Below are positions 39,883 to 52,860 of a stretch of 63,419 nt of DNA, piece by piece. The DNA comes from Octopus bimaculoides. Its lineage: Eukaryota. The stretch's first letter is position 1, and the number at the start of each line of letters is the position of its first letter. The DNA is taken from contig NC_068994.1 of NCBI RefSeq assembly GCF_001194135.2, forward strand, positions 970,235 through 1,033,653, given 5' to 3'. A model generated the notes under the pieces. It had not been told where the DNA came from. It worked only from the letters and a program-made list of their open reading frames with translations, and searched no databases. Both the position numbers and the translations under genes were made by a program.

Positions 39883-41642
39883 NNNNNNNNNNNNNNNNNN
39901 NNNNNNNNNNNNNNNNNNNNNNNNNNNNNNNNNNNNNNNNNNNNNNNNNNNNNNNNNNNNNNNNNNNNNNNNNNNNNNNNNNNNNNNNNNNNNNNNNNNN
40001 NNNNNNNNNNNNNNNNNNNNNNNNNNNNNNNNNNNNNNNNNNNNNNNNNNNNNNNNNNNNNNNNNNNNNNNNNNNNNNNNNNNNNNNNNNNNNNNNNNNN
40101 NNNNNNNNNNNNNNNNNNNNNNNNNNNNNNNNNNNNNNNNNNNNNNNNNNNNNNNNNNNNNNNNNNNNNNNNNNNNNNNNNNNNNNNNNNNNNNNNNNNN
40201 NNNNNNNNNNNNNNNNNNNNNNNNNNNNNNNNNNNNNNNNNNNNNNNNNNNNNNNNNNNNNNNNNNNNNNNNNNNNNNNNNNNNNNNNNNNNNNNNNNNN
40301 NNNNNNNNNNNNNNTATATATATATATATATATATATATGTATGCATATATATATGTATGCATATATATATATGTATGTATACATGCATATTTATGCATA
40401 CGTGTATACCCACACAAACAAATTTATATTATCCCAGCCTCCATCATTTCATTGCTTGTTTCCCATCTTTTCTCTGATGGACAGTTTTATTCACAACCAC
40501 GTCTCCTCTGTCATTGCAGTCCTTTGTCATTTAACTCCCTCCTGAGGCTGAATCCCCTCCGGCTCGTGTTCCTTACATTGCCCAATATGTTTCTGGCTCT
40601 TTCTCCTCCACTAAATTCATCCACTCTGACACCCCTACACTCCTTTATCTGCCCCACCCCACCTACTCACACCCCTGCAGTCTTCTCACTTAAAACACAA
40701 AACCCCATTCCCCTTAGACATAGTTTTTCTCTCAGTTCATCTCTTCTTGTCAGATGTGTAATGTTAGTGTGTAACATTACACACTTGTCCTCTGTAGACA
40801 TGTAATATTACACACAAGCATTATGGGATGTTGGTAATAGAAGGAAGCATTATGGGAATGAGATATTTCTAGAGAGGGCATTATGGGATTTCAAGGTTGT
40901 TCTTTAGCTACAGGTTAGCTCTGATAGGACAGACCCATGATCAAGGCATGCCTGTCATGACCCTCCCCTCTTGTCTATATCTGTGTCTATATTGTAATGT
41001 ATTGTTTGTTTAAGATTTGTGATTTGAAATGTTGCAAGGGAATCAAAAATGTCCCAAACATGAGGATTTAGGAATTAATTTATAATTGTGGAAGTTGTTT
41101 AGAAAGCTATGGCCTTGACCTGGCTCTCAAACCGAAGGTGAGAAACACAGATTTACAAAATAACAAAGTTTGCATTGTGATTTTCCAATGTCATAATTAG
41201 TAAAGAATTTTAATTAATGAATCTCTAAATATTTTCAGATGCGTCGCACCATCAAGGAGGTAAGGGAACCATATTTTATAAATAGGTGTGTGTGTGTATG
41301 TGTGTGAATGCATGTTAGTGTGTGTGTGTGTTTAAAGGAAAAGAAAGGGACAGGAAGGGGAGAAATCACATTAAAGAAACAAACACAGTGTATCGATGTT
41401 GACAGTATAAATGCATTGTGCAGACGTGAGTGTATAGAGAGAGAGTGTCTCAGTGGTCTTTAACTTGGACATAATACAATAATGTTTACTTAAGAATTTG
41501 GACAGTGCTATCATGTCCCCAGAATTCCATTCATCCTAAATATCAGCCGCTGACTTAATTTCTCTCTAATCCTTTCCAATTTTTCCCAATTTTTCTCATG
41601 TTGTCTGTTTATTTCTTTTCAGAAGAACAACCAGCGAACTGA
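37256..41642 (+). CDS. Small secreted His/acid-rich peptide precursor (49 aa) encoded by micro-exons
   Basis: Exons 37256-37310 (g|gtaaga), 38920-38934 (15 nt; tttttacag|...c|gtaagt), 39465-39503 (39 nt; tattttcag|...g|gtaaga), 41239-41259 (21 nt; tattttcag|...g|gtaagg), 41623-41642 (ttcttttcag|...TGA). All introns are phase 1. Spliced product MKLTVTLVFLVAFALIVGVQS-ASQDGHDHHEHHQHEDASHHQGEEQPAN*. Confidence 0.8.
37490..37905 (-). mobile_element. RTE LINE 3' end (ORF tail and 3'UTR) in intron 1 of the peptide gene
   Basis: Minus: CWFGHVMCMDVDSRMQKCRSLKVDGICRRGRPRKTW, followed by the same 3'UTR as 20480 and 55084. Confidence 0.75.
38075..38270 (+). mobile_element. Octopus-type SINE with (ATT)n tail
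   Basis: gttagcacgccgggtgaaatgcttag...gaggttgactttgcctttcatcc...; same family as 17868. Confidence 0.75.
38960..39410. repeat. Degenerate (CA)n/(CATT/CATA) microsatellite between two micro-exons
   Basis: Directly visible. It is the source of the HT-repeat ORFs at 38853-39563. Confidence 0.9.
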
Positions 41643-41743
41643 CCACATCAGCCAATCATATTGGAAGGATGACCAGGACAACCAATCATATTGGAAAGAT
41701 GACCAGATCAGCCAATAATTTTATATTTGATGGCAACACTTTA

Positions 41744-41830
41744 AATAAAATTGTTAAAGAGACAGTCTTCAGTGTTCCTGATAATCATCTTTTCACCTCT
41801 TTATAACCAATATTACAACAGTTCAATAAA
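41744..41830 (+). terminator. Candidate polyadenylation signals of the His-rich peptide gene
   Basis: AATAAA at 41744-41749 and 41825-41830, about 100 and 180 nt after the TGA. Confidence 0.5.
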
Positions 41831-41870
41831 TATTGATTGTTAACAAATTAACTTTTGATGTTTTGTGTGT

Positions 41871-41928
<58 letters not shown>

Positions 41929-44340
41929 CACAGAATTTTGTCAGTGAACAGGTCACAGTCTCAAAGTGACGAAAATATTTTGACAAATTAAATTTAAATG
42001 TTGAAGTAAATCTAACGGTTTTTGTGTGTTTCTTAAATGGCTTATAAACACCTTCCACACTGCAATTGCTATATATATTGAGAGAAACGGTGAATATGTT
42101 GAGAAGTAGGGATGTGATCCACAGAGGACCAGTTTCATTTTGATATATGATACATGTTCCTGTGTTGGTAATTATACCTGTCCTAAACAAAATGGCATTT
42201 CTTTTTGACTCACCCTCATAATCTAATCGGTAAGATTTTCCAACATTCACATTATCTCCTGCCATGAGATTCATTGACTTATTGTTCCCTTTTAGTTATT
42301 CACTTTCCTGTATTATTTATTACCGTTATAATTCTCCATACCGTCAGTGTCATTGCTACCCCCCCCCCTCATCATCACCATCATTGTTGATGTTGTCGTT
42401 GCCATCACTGCCACCACCAGTTTTTTTCTTATTCTAAAGTACGTCGGAATCCACATGTGACCACATGCACCATGAAGGCATGACATGTATACCAAATATT
42501 TCTTTCTAATAAAGCATTTTTCTTTCTTTCTCCCTCGTTTTCCTTTTTCCTTCCTTCCTCACTTTCCCACTTCTTTCCTTTCTTCTTTCATTACTTACTT
42601 TCTTTATACAATAATGCCATTATATTAGGTTTCTTCAGATAAAAATATTTGTTAGTGTCATCATTTTTTTTAAAGAATTCTAAATATAAATAAAATGTCA
42701 CAGAAATCAAGATCAATAAACAAAAACAAAAACAAAAGCCAAATAACGTCAATGAGAGAGAGTCAAATAGAAAAATAATTAAATTGTTGACAGAATACCC
42801 TTTTCTTAAGGAAAAAAAAAGAAGGGAAACAAGAAGAAACCAAAATTTGTTTATATTTAATACCAAACAATTTTATTATAATCTTTGGAAGGTTTCTCCA
42901 CATAGGATCATTCTCCTTATTATTTTAAGAGATTTCTTAAAATTGAATGCTTTTGACATTATACTGATATTTTTTCTGCTCATTTAAATTGCCAATTAGT
43001 TAAATGATAGATAACACCTACATCTTTTATGCATCACAACAACAAGAACAACATTATCAGGTGAATGGCAGTGAGACGTCATTTTACAATGGCAAGACAG
43101 ACGTGACTTTCAATTAAATATTTTCCGGCTCTGGTTGAGATAAGAAATACAATACAGAGCACAATAAGTTTTCTGCTAACATTTGAGAATCTTACAGAAT
43201 TGTCTGGCAGGAAATATAATATATTGAATTGAATATCCTGGAATGGAAGAATCTAGCAATAGTTTTCTTCATTACAATGAAGCAGGTGAGATGATGATTT
43301 CACACACACACACACACACACATGCACACACACGAACACACACACATACACACACACACACACACATGCATGCACATACACACACATGCACACTCACATG
43401 CACACACACATGTACACACACACACATGCATACACACACATATATAAATATATAGGCGTGTGCATGTGTACATGTATATATCTCATGATGATGATGATGA
43501 TGAGATATATTATATATATAAACACATGCACACACATTTGTATAAGGCTATATATCTTAAATATTAGCCTTAGCTATGATTGGTAATTATAAAAATATAA
43601 ACATATTCCATGTGGGTTTTTGCTGTGTGGTTAACAAAAGTGCCAGGGAAAGTTCCGACAGATCATTTTGCAGGTTGTTGGTCACTCTTCAGAGGAGGCC
43701 AGCCTGATTTCCTTCTCCCATTAATAACAAAGAATATTCAGTCACTATATAAAGCAGAAGAACTGAAGTAAATATGAATATTGGAAAGCCTTAGCTGTGT
43801 TATAAAATTTATAAGAATCTTAAAACATTTCTTCAATGCCTTTGGGTACAGAAAAAAGAGTAGGGGAAGACCCCCACCCTCATAGACCAATCTCCTCTGG
43901 AAAGCACTCAGCAAACTGGAGTCTTCCCCACATCTTTTTCTCACACATCAAAAAACATGGATGGAATGCATTTACATTTTTATGATTTCATATTACAGCT
44001 AAGTCTTTCTAGTATCTAAATTTCAGATTTTTCATATTGTAGATGTGTTGTATGTGAAGCATGCATTGTTTTGATAAGGACAAGCTGTCTACAACACAAA
44101 GACATATTTTTATGCCATATATTTCATATATTAAATTTCAAATGAAGTTTATGTTATGCATAAATAAATGAATAATAATTCATAAACATGTAGCATATTT
44201 ATGTGCATTTTATTGGTGTTCGTAAGCCATAGAAACTATGCTAAAGCTGACTCTTGAGATCAGTACAGTCCTGTCGGTTCTTGTTAAACAATCCAACCTA
44301 AGCCAGCTTGGAAAACAGACATTAGATGAAGGTGATAATG

Positions 44341-44400
<60 letters not shown>

Positions 44401-44974
44401 TTTTATGCATTATTTTTATTTAACAACTTACACAACTCATGTATTTTGTCAAATCTTTAAAGCTAATTGTTATTATAACAGTTAATTGTTATTATAACAG
44501 CTAATTGTCATTTAGTGTTGTATATTTACATTATTATCAATTATACTTAATTTTCTTCAACCAAAAGGATATTCCTTGGTGAGGGATTTCTCTCACAACA
44601 ATTGCTTTCATAGCCTGGATCTATCAAGTTATGATAATGATTCATCACCGAGCCATGACGATACACCTGACTGAAATGACCCCAGTAATTGTTTTATTGA
44701 TCCTAGTAAAATGTTGATGATCCTGGCAGGATTTGATCTCAGATTGTAAAGAGATGACTCTAAGCACCAAGTCAGACATTGCACCATCTGTACAGTGCCT
44801 GACTTTGCTCTCTTTCTTGGAGACAGTAATGAAACCTGGATCGATTTGGTTCAGTAAAATAATAAACTAATCAAGAACTGGTGTTGATGAAACCAATTCT
44901 TCCCAACACAAAAAACCTGTGGTCTTGTGTTTCTGTTAGAAATCCATATTATTAATATTTTGGGCTTATATAAG

Positions 44975-45180
44975 GTGGCAGAGTGGTTAGCACATTGGGC
45001 AAAATGCTTAACGGTATTTCGCCTGTCATTATGTTCTGAGTTCAAATTCTGCTGAGGTCGACTTTACCTTTCATCCTTTCGTGGTTGATAAATTAAGTAC
45101 CAGTTGTGTACTGGCATCGATCTAATTGACTGACCCCCTCCTCAAAAATTTTGGGCCTTGTACCTAGAGTAGAAAATAAT
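44975..45180 (+). mobile_element. Octopus-type SINE (full-length copy)
   Basis: ggtggcagagtggttagcacattgggcaaaatgcttaacggtatttcg...gttcaaattctgctgaggtcgactttacctttcatcc...ctagagtagaaaa. Confidence 0.8.
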
Positions 45181-47323
45181 ATTTTGTGCTTATATACCAA
45201 GAATAGTAAACGTTAGCTGGCTTCAAAGCAGTTTCATGCATCTTGGGGTAATATATGTAAATCACTGACCAATGTTAATATAACACAAGAATCACAGACT
45301 TGTGACTATTCTGATGTTAAACTCTAGTCTGGCCTCTACTTTTAGTTAGATCAACTCACATTACTATAGAATGTGATGCTGATGGTGGTGATTGATGATA
45401 GGACAAGGTGGATGATAGTGGCTTGCAACATCTAGATGTTAATCCAAATTAATCTTCATTGATCAACTATGTGACAGGAGTTCAGTGTTCAGTCTTCTTC
45501 TTTTTCATTGAAATCTAGTCACATGATTATTGTAAACATTTCTTAATACTTTTATGACTGCATTCTCATGTCTTACACTTCATCAACTCAATTACATAAC
45601 TAGCAGCTATTCAGTCAAATTTCAATTCGATTTAGTTATTCAATCATTAACCTTGTAATGATTCCTTCTCAGCCATATGGCAATCGATTTAATCTATTTA
45701 GAAAAAAAAAAATTCTGAAATTAATTCTCCAAAGAATTTGAGTTTTCATTCATCTAATTAATTTTTTTCTTTTTTTCTCTTTTTTTTTTTGTATTATTTA
45801 ATAGTCTTTCAAAACCGGTGTTCAAAATATTTTCTCATCAGCAGAGGATTATCTTTAAAACTGTGTTTCGAAAAATGTTAAAAATATAAGAAAATTTGTT
45901 GCAAGAATTTTTTACAATATTAAATTTTTATTTTCGAAAGCATTATTTTCAAACTAAAACATTTTTTGCAAGTGAACATGTGTCTGTGAAGATATTTGTC
46001 TATTTGTTGATTAACACTGTATTGGCTGCTATCTAATAGATTTAGAGCCAATGAGGTTCCAGACATCCTTTTTTCAGACTTAGTGGAACAATGACTTCAT
46101 TAAGCAATGTGGTAGGATAAGATTTCGGAAATTTGATTTCTATTCTCAGCAGGTTGAGCAGCCATGAAACGGCTCACTTAATGGCTTGATGTTTATTGTG
46201 GTGGGAAAGGAAATATCTTGGACACATTGTGACTTTGATTTTTGAAAGTTAATGTTTAGTTACAATTAATTTGTAAATCTTTGTTGTTTCTCTCCAAACC
46301 TGTCACTGAATCAATATCAAAAGATATTGGATTGATTTCATTATAATCTCTCCTTACATCTCTAGAATTAAAGAGAAAGTCATTGACCAAAATCTCTATT
46401 GACATCTCACATACCTATTCCCAGCCCCTCTTTTGTATTGTTATTTTGAAAGGAAACTTTGATGATATTCCTAGAAATGTTGTGGTTTAACCCTTTGAAA
46501 ATGAAACCAACTGATTCTTCAACACCAAAGTCTCATTTTCATAAGAAGAAGGGTATAGTTTTTCTTAAAATCTGTGAAAATATATCTGATTTTAATAAAC
46601 AAATATTTTCTTTCTGCAATACTTTGTTCAATCCATTTGCTCTTAGAATTCCAGTTCCATTCAACTGATTAATAATAATAAAAAAAAAGACAAACAATAG
46701 ATCCTATTAGGCTTTTTCTTTCAGGATTCAAATGTGAAAGACAATGTGTTTTTACTGGAAGCTGAAGAAGTTATTGCAACTGAGAGATGTTAAATGTCTT
46801 AAGCAATAAAATTTTCGCTCAACAAAAAGCTAAAGATAAAAAAATACTACTTGTTCTGTTGATTAAATCAAATATAACTGTTTTTAATCAGTCTCTATCA
46901 ATTAAAATAACCTAATATCTTCATTATAATCAGCAGAACAATTAGTATTCTCCTTCTTTTTAATGAATGAGATTAGAAAACAAAACAAACAAAAACAGTC
47001 CAATTTGCCACCCAACTTCACCTTTAACCTCTCATCAACAACAAAATGTCTTCTATTTTTTCCTCCCATTCCTTCAACAGCTTCCACTTCTCCAAAACTA
47101 ATTGCTTTATTCTGCTCATATTTACAACACCAGATCTTCATTTTTAGTTTCCACTGCAAAACATTTCGATTAACCTTTGCTATCTAAAACTAAATCAATA
47201 TAAATATTTTTCCATTTTATATTTATTAATTGGTCCAAAGAAAAGGAAGAAAGACCAAAGCCTTGTATTGTCATCAATGTCTTGGTCCTTTGTGGCTAAG
47301 AAAAGAAATCATCACCACCACCC

Positions 47324-47399
<76 letters not shown>

Positions 47400-47756
47400 G
47401 TTATCTGTGTCCCAATAGAAATGTAACCATTAAATTCTTTAGAAGATAATCAGCACCAAACTAATATCAAAACAAGTAGGTTAACGGTAGAAATTCAAAT
47501 TACAGCCGACCGTTGCTCGTTAATGCAGTGACGTTGTTTAATGCTGTTCTCTTTATACACATAAAATATAACCTATTATTATTTTTGTCAAGCTTTAAAG
47601 GCTTTGAAGCCTTAATCCTCCCACCTCTGTCTCTCTCACTCTTTGTCTTTGTCTCTTTGTCTCTCTCTGTGTCTCTCTCTCTCTCTTTCTCTCTCTGTCT
47701 CTCTCTCTCTCTTTCTCTCTCTGTCTCTCTCACTCTTTGTCTTTGTCTCTCTCTCT

Positions 47757-47824
<68 letters not shown>

Positions 47825-48071
47825 ATTATGATTCACGTTGGAACATACATAGTTATGAAATGTCATTAAATACAGAAAATTAGACATTTTTGCCTTCTCT
47901 AATACAAAGCAGTAAAAACTGCCGAAGCCTGCATGTTTGTGCTTCTCTTCCCATTGTCACCTGAATAACAGAACAGGTCAAGGGACCGAATTAATGAATG
48001 GCTTTCATTTGAATTTCACAATATAATGGCAGAGTGATACNNNNNNNNNNNNNNNNNNNNNNNNNNNNNNN

Positions 48072-48118
<47 letters not shown>

Positions 48119-49916
48119 ATTATGATTCACGTTGGAACATACATAGTTATGAAATGTCATTAAATACAGAAAATTAGACATTTTTGCCTTCTCTAATACA
48201 AAGCAGTAAAAACTGCCGAAGCCTGCATGTTTGTGCTTCTCTTCCCATTGTCACCTGAATAACAGAACAGGTCAAGGGACCGAATTAATGAATGGCTTTC
48301 ATTTGAATTTCACAATATAATGGCAGAGTGATACTCACAGCATCTCTTGTTACTTTCTGCTAATATGTTGTCTGTTTATAAAATAACCAATCTTTTAAGG
48401 TAGTTTTTTTTTGTTTTTGGTGATGATGGAGGAAGTGTAAAGAAAACAAACATGAAAAAGATCAAAAAAATATTTAAAAAAAAACAGATGACTTGAAAGA
48501 AAACCAGCACAGACTTTGTGTTGTCTATTTCTATAATTTGTGAATTTATATCTTCGTTTTATGTTTGTGTTGTTTGTTGAATTTATTGTGATTACAAATT
48601 CTAACTAAAGAATCCTGGTTAGACATGTCGTGCGGAGATTTATTTGTTTTTCCCTTTCACGGTGGTGGTGTTGGTGGTTGAGGGGTGTGGGAGAAGAAGG
48701 GCAGTGATGTTAGTGTGTATGGTAGTGAGATAAGGGAGGTGGCAGTGAGAAGTGGGTGGGAGTCATCCTAGTGGTAAACAATGTCATTGACAAAGCAACA
48801 AAGCAGGGATCTGATGGCAATTTTGTTAAAGAATGCATTATGGGATACTGATCAGAGATATTTTCTGTTGATGAAAGCCGAAGAAAGGAACTCACAGCTG
48901 ACCACTCAAGCAACATATAACTATTTATAATGATGTTTCTGAGCTCTTAGGAAGCTCTTTAGCAGAGGGATCCCCATGTTGATTGGAGGAGGGTCATTCT
49001 CATGCTTTTCCATCCAGGGTTGGAGTCCGGTTTCTTTTCAAGATGTTGTTAAGAGTTAAACATGGCAGAAAATGTTTCTTCTTGGGTCATTGGGCCAGGA
49101 CGTGGGCATCTCCATGGTGGATGTGGCATTTATCACTAATAGCTTTTGAAACATAAGAAACAAACTTCATCTCAGCCATAGATGAATATAAACAGATCTA
49201 ATTAACCACGGAAGATGTAATTAAATATGTTATCGGATGCTCTATCAGTTCTGCCAATCCTTAACTTTTTGCCATTTGCCATCCTTACTAAAAATAGTTT
49301 TGATTTCTAACATAATCATCAAACCTTGAATTTTAGTCTAAGAACAGTTGATTGTATCAAGTGCCCTGTGCTATGATGATAGACTATTTTTTTTTAAGTA
49401 GGAGCTTTAGAAATATAGCAAAAGGAAAATAAGAATTTCTACTATTGATGCTATTCCAAGGAATGCAACTATTTTGACCTCAAATCAACACAACTTAACA
49501 AAACCTACCACTGCACCACTCTATTTATTACCATCAACAATAATAATCAGTCTTTCCTAAATTAGTCAGTCATGAAGAAATTAAGATCTGTGATTTTTAG
49601 CAAAGAAGTCGTAAAACAAATTATTGCACAGAAAGTCTAATATTTTCCCAAAATGTCTGCAATAAAAATCATTGCTTCATAATTGAAGCAGAAGTATAGG
49701 TGGATTATATGTTATAGTCTTTTTTATGTTGCTAGTAAGCAGAGACTAATGTTCTCTTATGGGGAAGTAAATAAATGATAGCGTTTTAGAAGTCACAAGA
49801 TATGACAACTATTATGTATTCAGTAACCAAACAGCTATAGTTTCTCTGATCTTTATAGCTTTCACAATAACCTCTACACCATACTTCATTAATAACATTT
49901 TATTGCTAACCTTTTT

Positions 49917-50002
<86 letters not shown>

Positions 50003-50196
50003 CATTATTATTATTATTATTATTATTAATATTTTGCCAGTGTTATTTTTATTGTGTGCTTTTCACTGCACAATTGAGCAGAGTCATGTGGACGTTGGGT
50101 ATGTGCAGTAATTTGGTTTGTCTTTTTTCTGTTATCGTGAAATTAGAAAATATTCTATGTAATATGTGTACAGTAGTGATAAGTGGTACTATTTAA

Positions 50197-50244
<48 letters not shown>

Positions 50245-50379
50245 GAAAGAGAGTGCTTGTATATGTATGTATATATATCTATATTAATCAAGTATTGGGG
50301 TGGCTATCAACAGTACCGTCCTTTGAATGTGCAACTTAGCTAACATAAAAAACTATTATTATTATTATTGTTGTTGTTA

Positions 50380-50441
<62 letters not shown>

Positions 50442-50709
50442 GCCATTGAACAGTAAATCCAGTCGCCACATCAAAGTGGCTGTTGAATGTTACTATTAGT
50501 TTAACTCCCGTATTCAAATACTCAGTTTTGCATGTCATCATTTCAGGGTCTATACCAGTCATGTACTGAGGTTAATTTAATTGACAAAGCCCCTTTTCTC
50601 AAAATGTATGTAGAAGGGAAGCATCCACACTGTCCTTCCTTTTTTAGGCTGCTCTCATGTCAATTCTGATTTCATATTTCTCAAACTTGGCTGTTAGTGC
50701 TCCGAGTGC

Positions 50710-51600
50710 CCCTACAACTACTGGCCCCTTCCATATTTTAGCAAATAATGGATACAATGCTGAGTGACTGATTTTGCTATCACCTATTTAGACGATATTC
50801 TAATGAATAGTGAATCACATGAACAACATGTAGAACATGTTAAAAGAGTAACATTTGTCGATATATTCAAGAGAGCCCTAAGAAAGTCAAATAAGGAAGT
50901 CATGGATGAAATAGCTCTACAACAATTCTTAAGAGTATACCATGTGACACCAAATTCAAATACACCAGCAGGTATGTCACCAGCGGAGCTGATGTTTGCA
51001 AGGAAAATAAAACTACTCTTTGACAAATTGCTACCAGACAAGAAAAAAGTGCAATGGAAAATACAGCAAGATTTTCCAAAATTGGTAAAAACGTATTTGT
51101 GAGAGCATATATGAATGGAAAACAGAGTTGGGAAGATGGCGTGATTACCAAATACATAAGAAAAGTGCTATTCTTGGTAGAAAGTAGAAAAGGTGTCTAC
51201 AAGAGACACATGAACTAACTGATAGAAAGATTTGTTGAGAGCAAACCCTAGAGATTGGAAGAACCAATGGAATGTTTATATGATACTTTCCAAGCACAAT
51301 GCCACCACAGGTGATTGAACCCAGATGCACAAGTGTAAGAAAAAGAAAATGTATGGAGTTCCTGGAAGTAGATGCCAAATGGAAAAAATATTAAATGTGT
51401 AACTAAGACAAAATACTCAAAAAACGAGGTGAGGTGATATAAAGTGTATTAAAAGAAATAAAATGATGCTCTCTAAGAAAAAAAGAAAAAACTTAAAAGG
51501 GGAAATGTTGTGTGGATAATAGTAATAATGGTACACCCCTCCCATGTGACAAGTGGTATGTGCTAGAATTTCCCTGTTTTTATCAGGTTTTCTCCCAACT
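50710..51600 (+). mobile_element. Ty3/gypsy LTR retrotransposon remnant with internal deletion (RT fragment, integrase tail, PPT, start of 3' LTR)
   Basis: QIMDTMLS/DFAITYLDDILMNSES (RT YxDD) joined directly to TFVDIFKRALRK...QQFLRVYHVTPN...SPAELMFARKI (integrase C-terminus). Polypurine tract aaaaggggaaa precedes tgttgtg at 51506. The LTR 3' end was not defined. Confidence 0.85.
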
Positions 51601-52700
51601 TTTTTTTGTTATACATTGCAAAACAATGAAGAGAAGCTGTTTTAAAAGAAAAATTCATGTCTTTTAAATGTTGCTGTCTCTACCGACCCCATTACGCACA
51701 CACACACATGCATGCGGCATGTGCACGCACACATGAATATATGTGAAAGACAGCCAGGCACACATGTGCATGTATTTATTAATAAAATAACAATAATTAT
51801 TTTAACAAAAAACAAAAACGAACAAATTTAATTTGAAGTAAAATTAATCAGTTTTTCCAAATTTTATTTACAATAATTACAATTCTCATAATTCCATATG
51901 CATTATTCGTTATATCACTTTTAAAGAACAAAACTGAGAAAACATCTAAGAATTTCAAAAAGGAGGAAGGTCATGTTTGTTTTTTAACGATGGTTTAAGC
52001 AAACTCCTTCCACTGTCATAGGGTGACATGTGATGAGATGTTATTTAATTGTTAATCAAAGCTTTATATTGGCTGTTGAAGCTAACAAAATACCTCAAGT
52101 TATGTTTGAAATAACTTTACGTGAGATTCTAAATTATTTGTAAATATAATCTTTACATTAAGAACTAAAAACCAAAATATGAAACCCATTGTTGTGAATA
52201 TTTTGTATTTGAATTATTTTGTAATTAAAGAGTGGGAATTAATGGAATATAATTAATCTCTTGATTAGGAAATTTTAGAAGAAAGGAGGAGAATCACCAA
52301 AGTTTTCCCTTCCACCGTATTACAGGTGTTTAGTGATTTTGATGAAAGAAAATATAAATAATAATTCATCTGACAAAGTATTAATGTTTCATATTTATTA
52401 TGATCCAATAGTGCCACAAAAAAAAAAAAATCACCCATGCTGGTGCCATGTTGAAAGCATCTGTGCTATGCCATGTAATATGCACCCAGTGGTTGGCATT
52501 AGGAAGAGTATGTCAAAGCAGACAATAGGAGCCTGGAACAGCTCTCCAGCTGGTCAGCTCCTGTCAAACCATTCAACCCATGCCAGCAAGGAAAACAGAT
52601 TTTGAATGATGATGATGATGATGAAGATGTTACTAAAATAGGAATCATTAAACCATTATGCTTTCTTTTATATAATTTTTGTTCTAATATTTTTCTTTTA

Positions 52701-52860
52701 AATGGCTGTGTGGTTAAGATGCTCCTGTTTCAGCTGTGGGAGTTTTAGGTTCAGTCCCACTGTACAATACCTTGGGTAAGTGACTTCTTCTATAGCCCTG
52801 GGCCAGCCAATACCTTGTGAAGAAATTTGGTAGATGGAAATAGTATGGAAGCCCATCACA
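52701..52860 (+). mobile_element. tRNA-derived SINE followed by a CA microsatellite
   Basis: atggctgtgtggttaaga (box A-like)...ggttcagtcccactg (box B-like)...ccttgtga...tttggtagatggaaa...gaagccc. Confidence 0.7.

Noticed and set aside
41840-42274. 144-aa minus ORF as an upstream exon of the 34937 gene
   Set aside because: No donor in the required phase 2, no convincing family motif, and the 3' end is microsatellite.
43198-43285. Exon-like segment on + (MEESSNSFLHYNEA g|gtgag) and an overlapping minus candidate
   Set aside because: No partner exons or homology on either strand, so it cannot be supported.
47821-48334. Exact 220-bp direct duplication (47821-48040 = 48115-48334)
   Set aside because: The identical copies flank a short N gap and each follows the same (TC)n tract. 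This is an unmerged contig overlap (assembly artefact), not a biological repeat.
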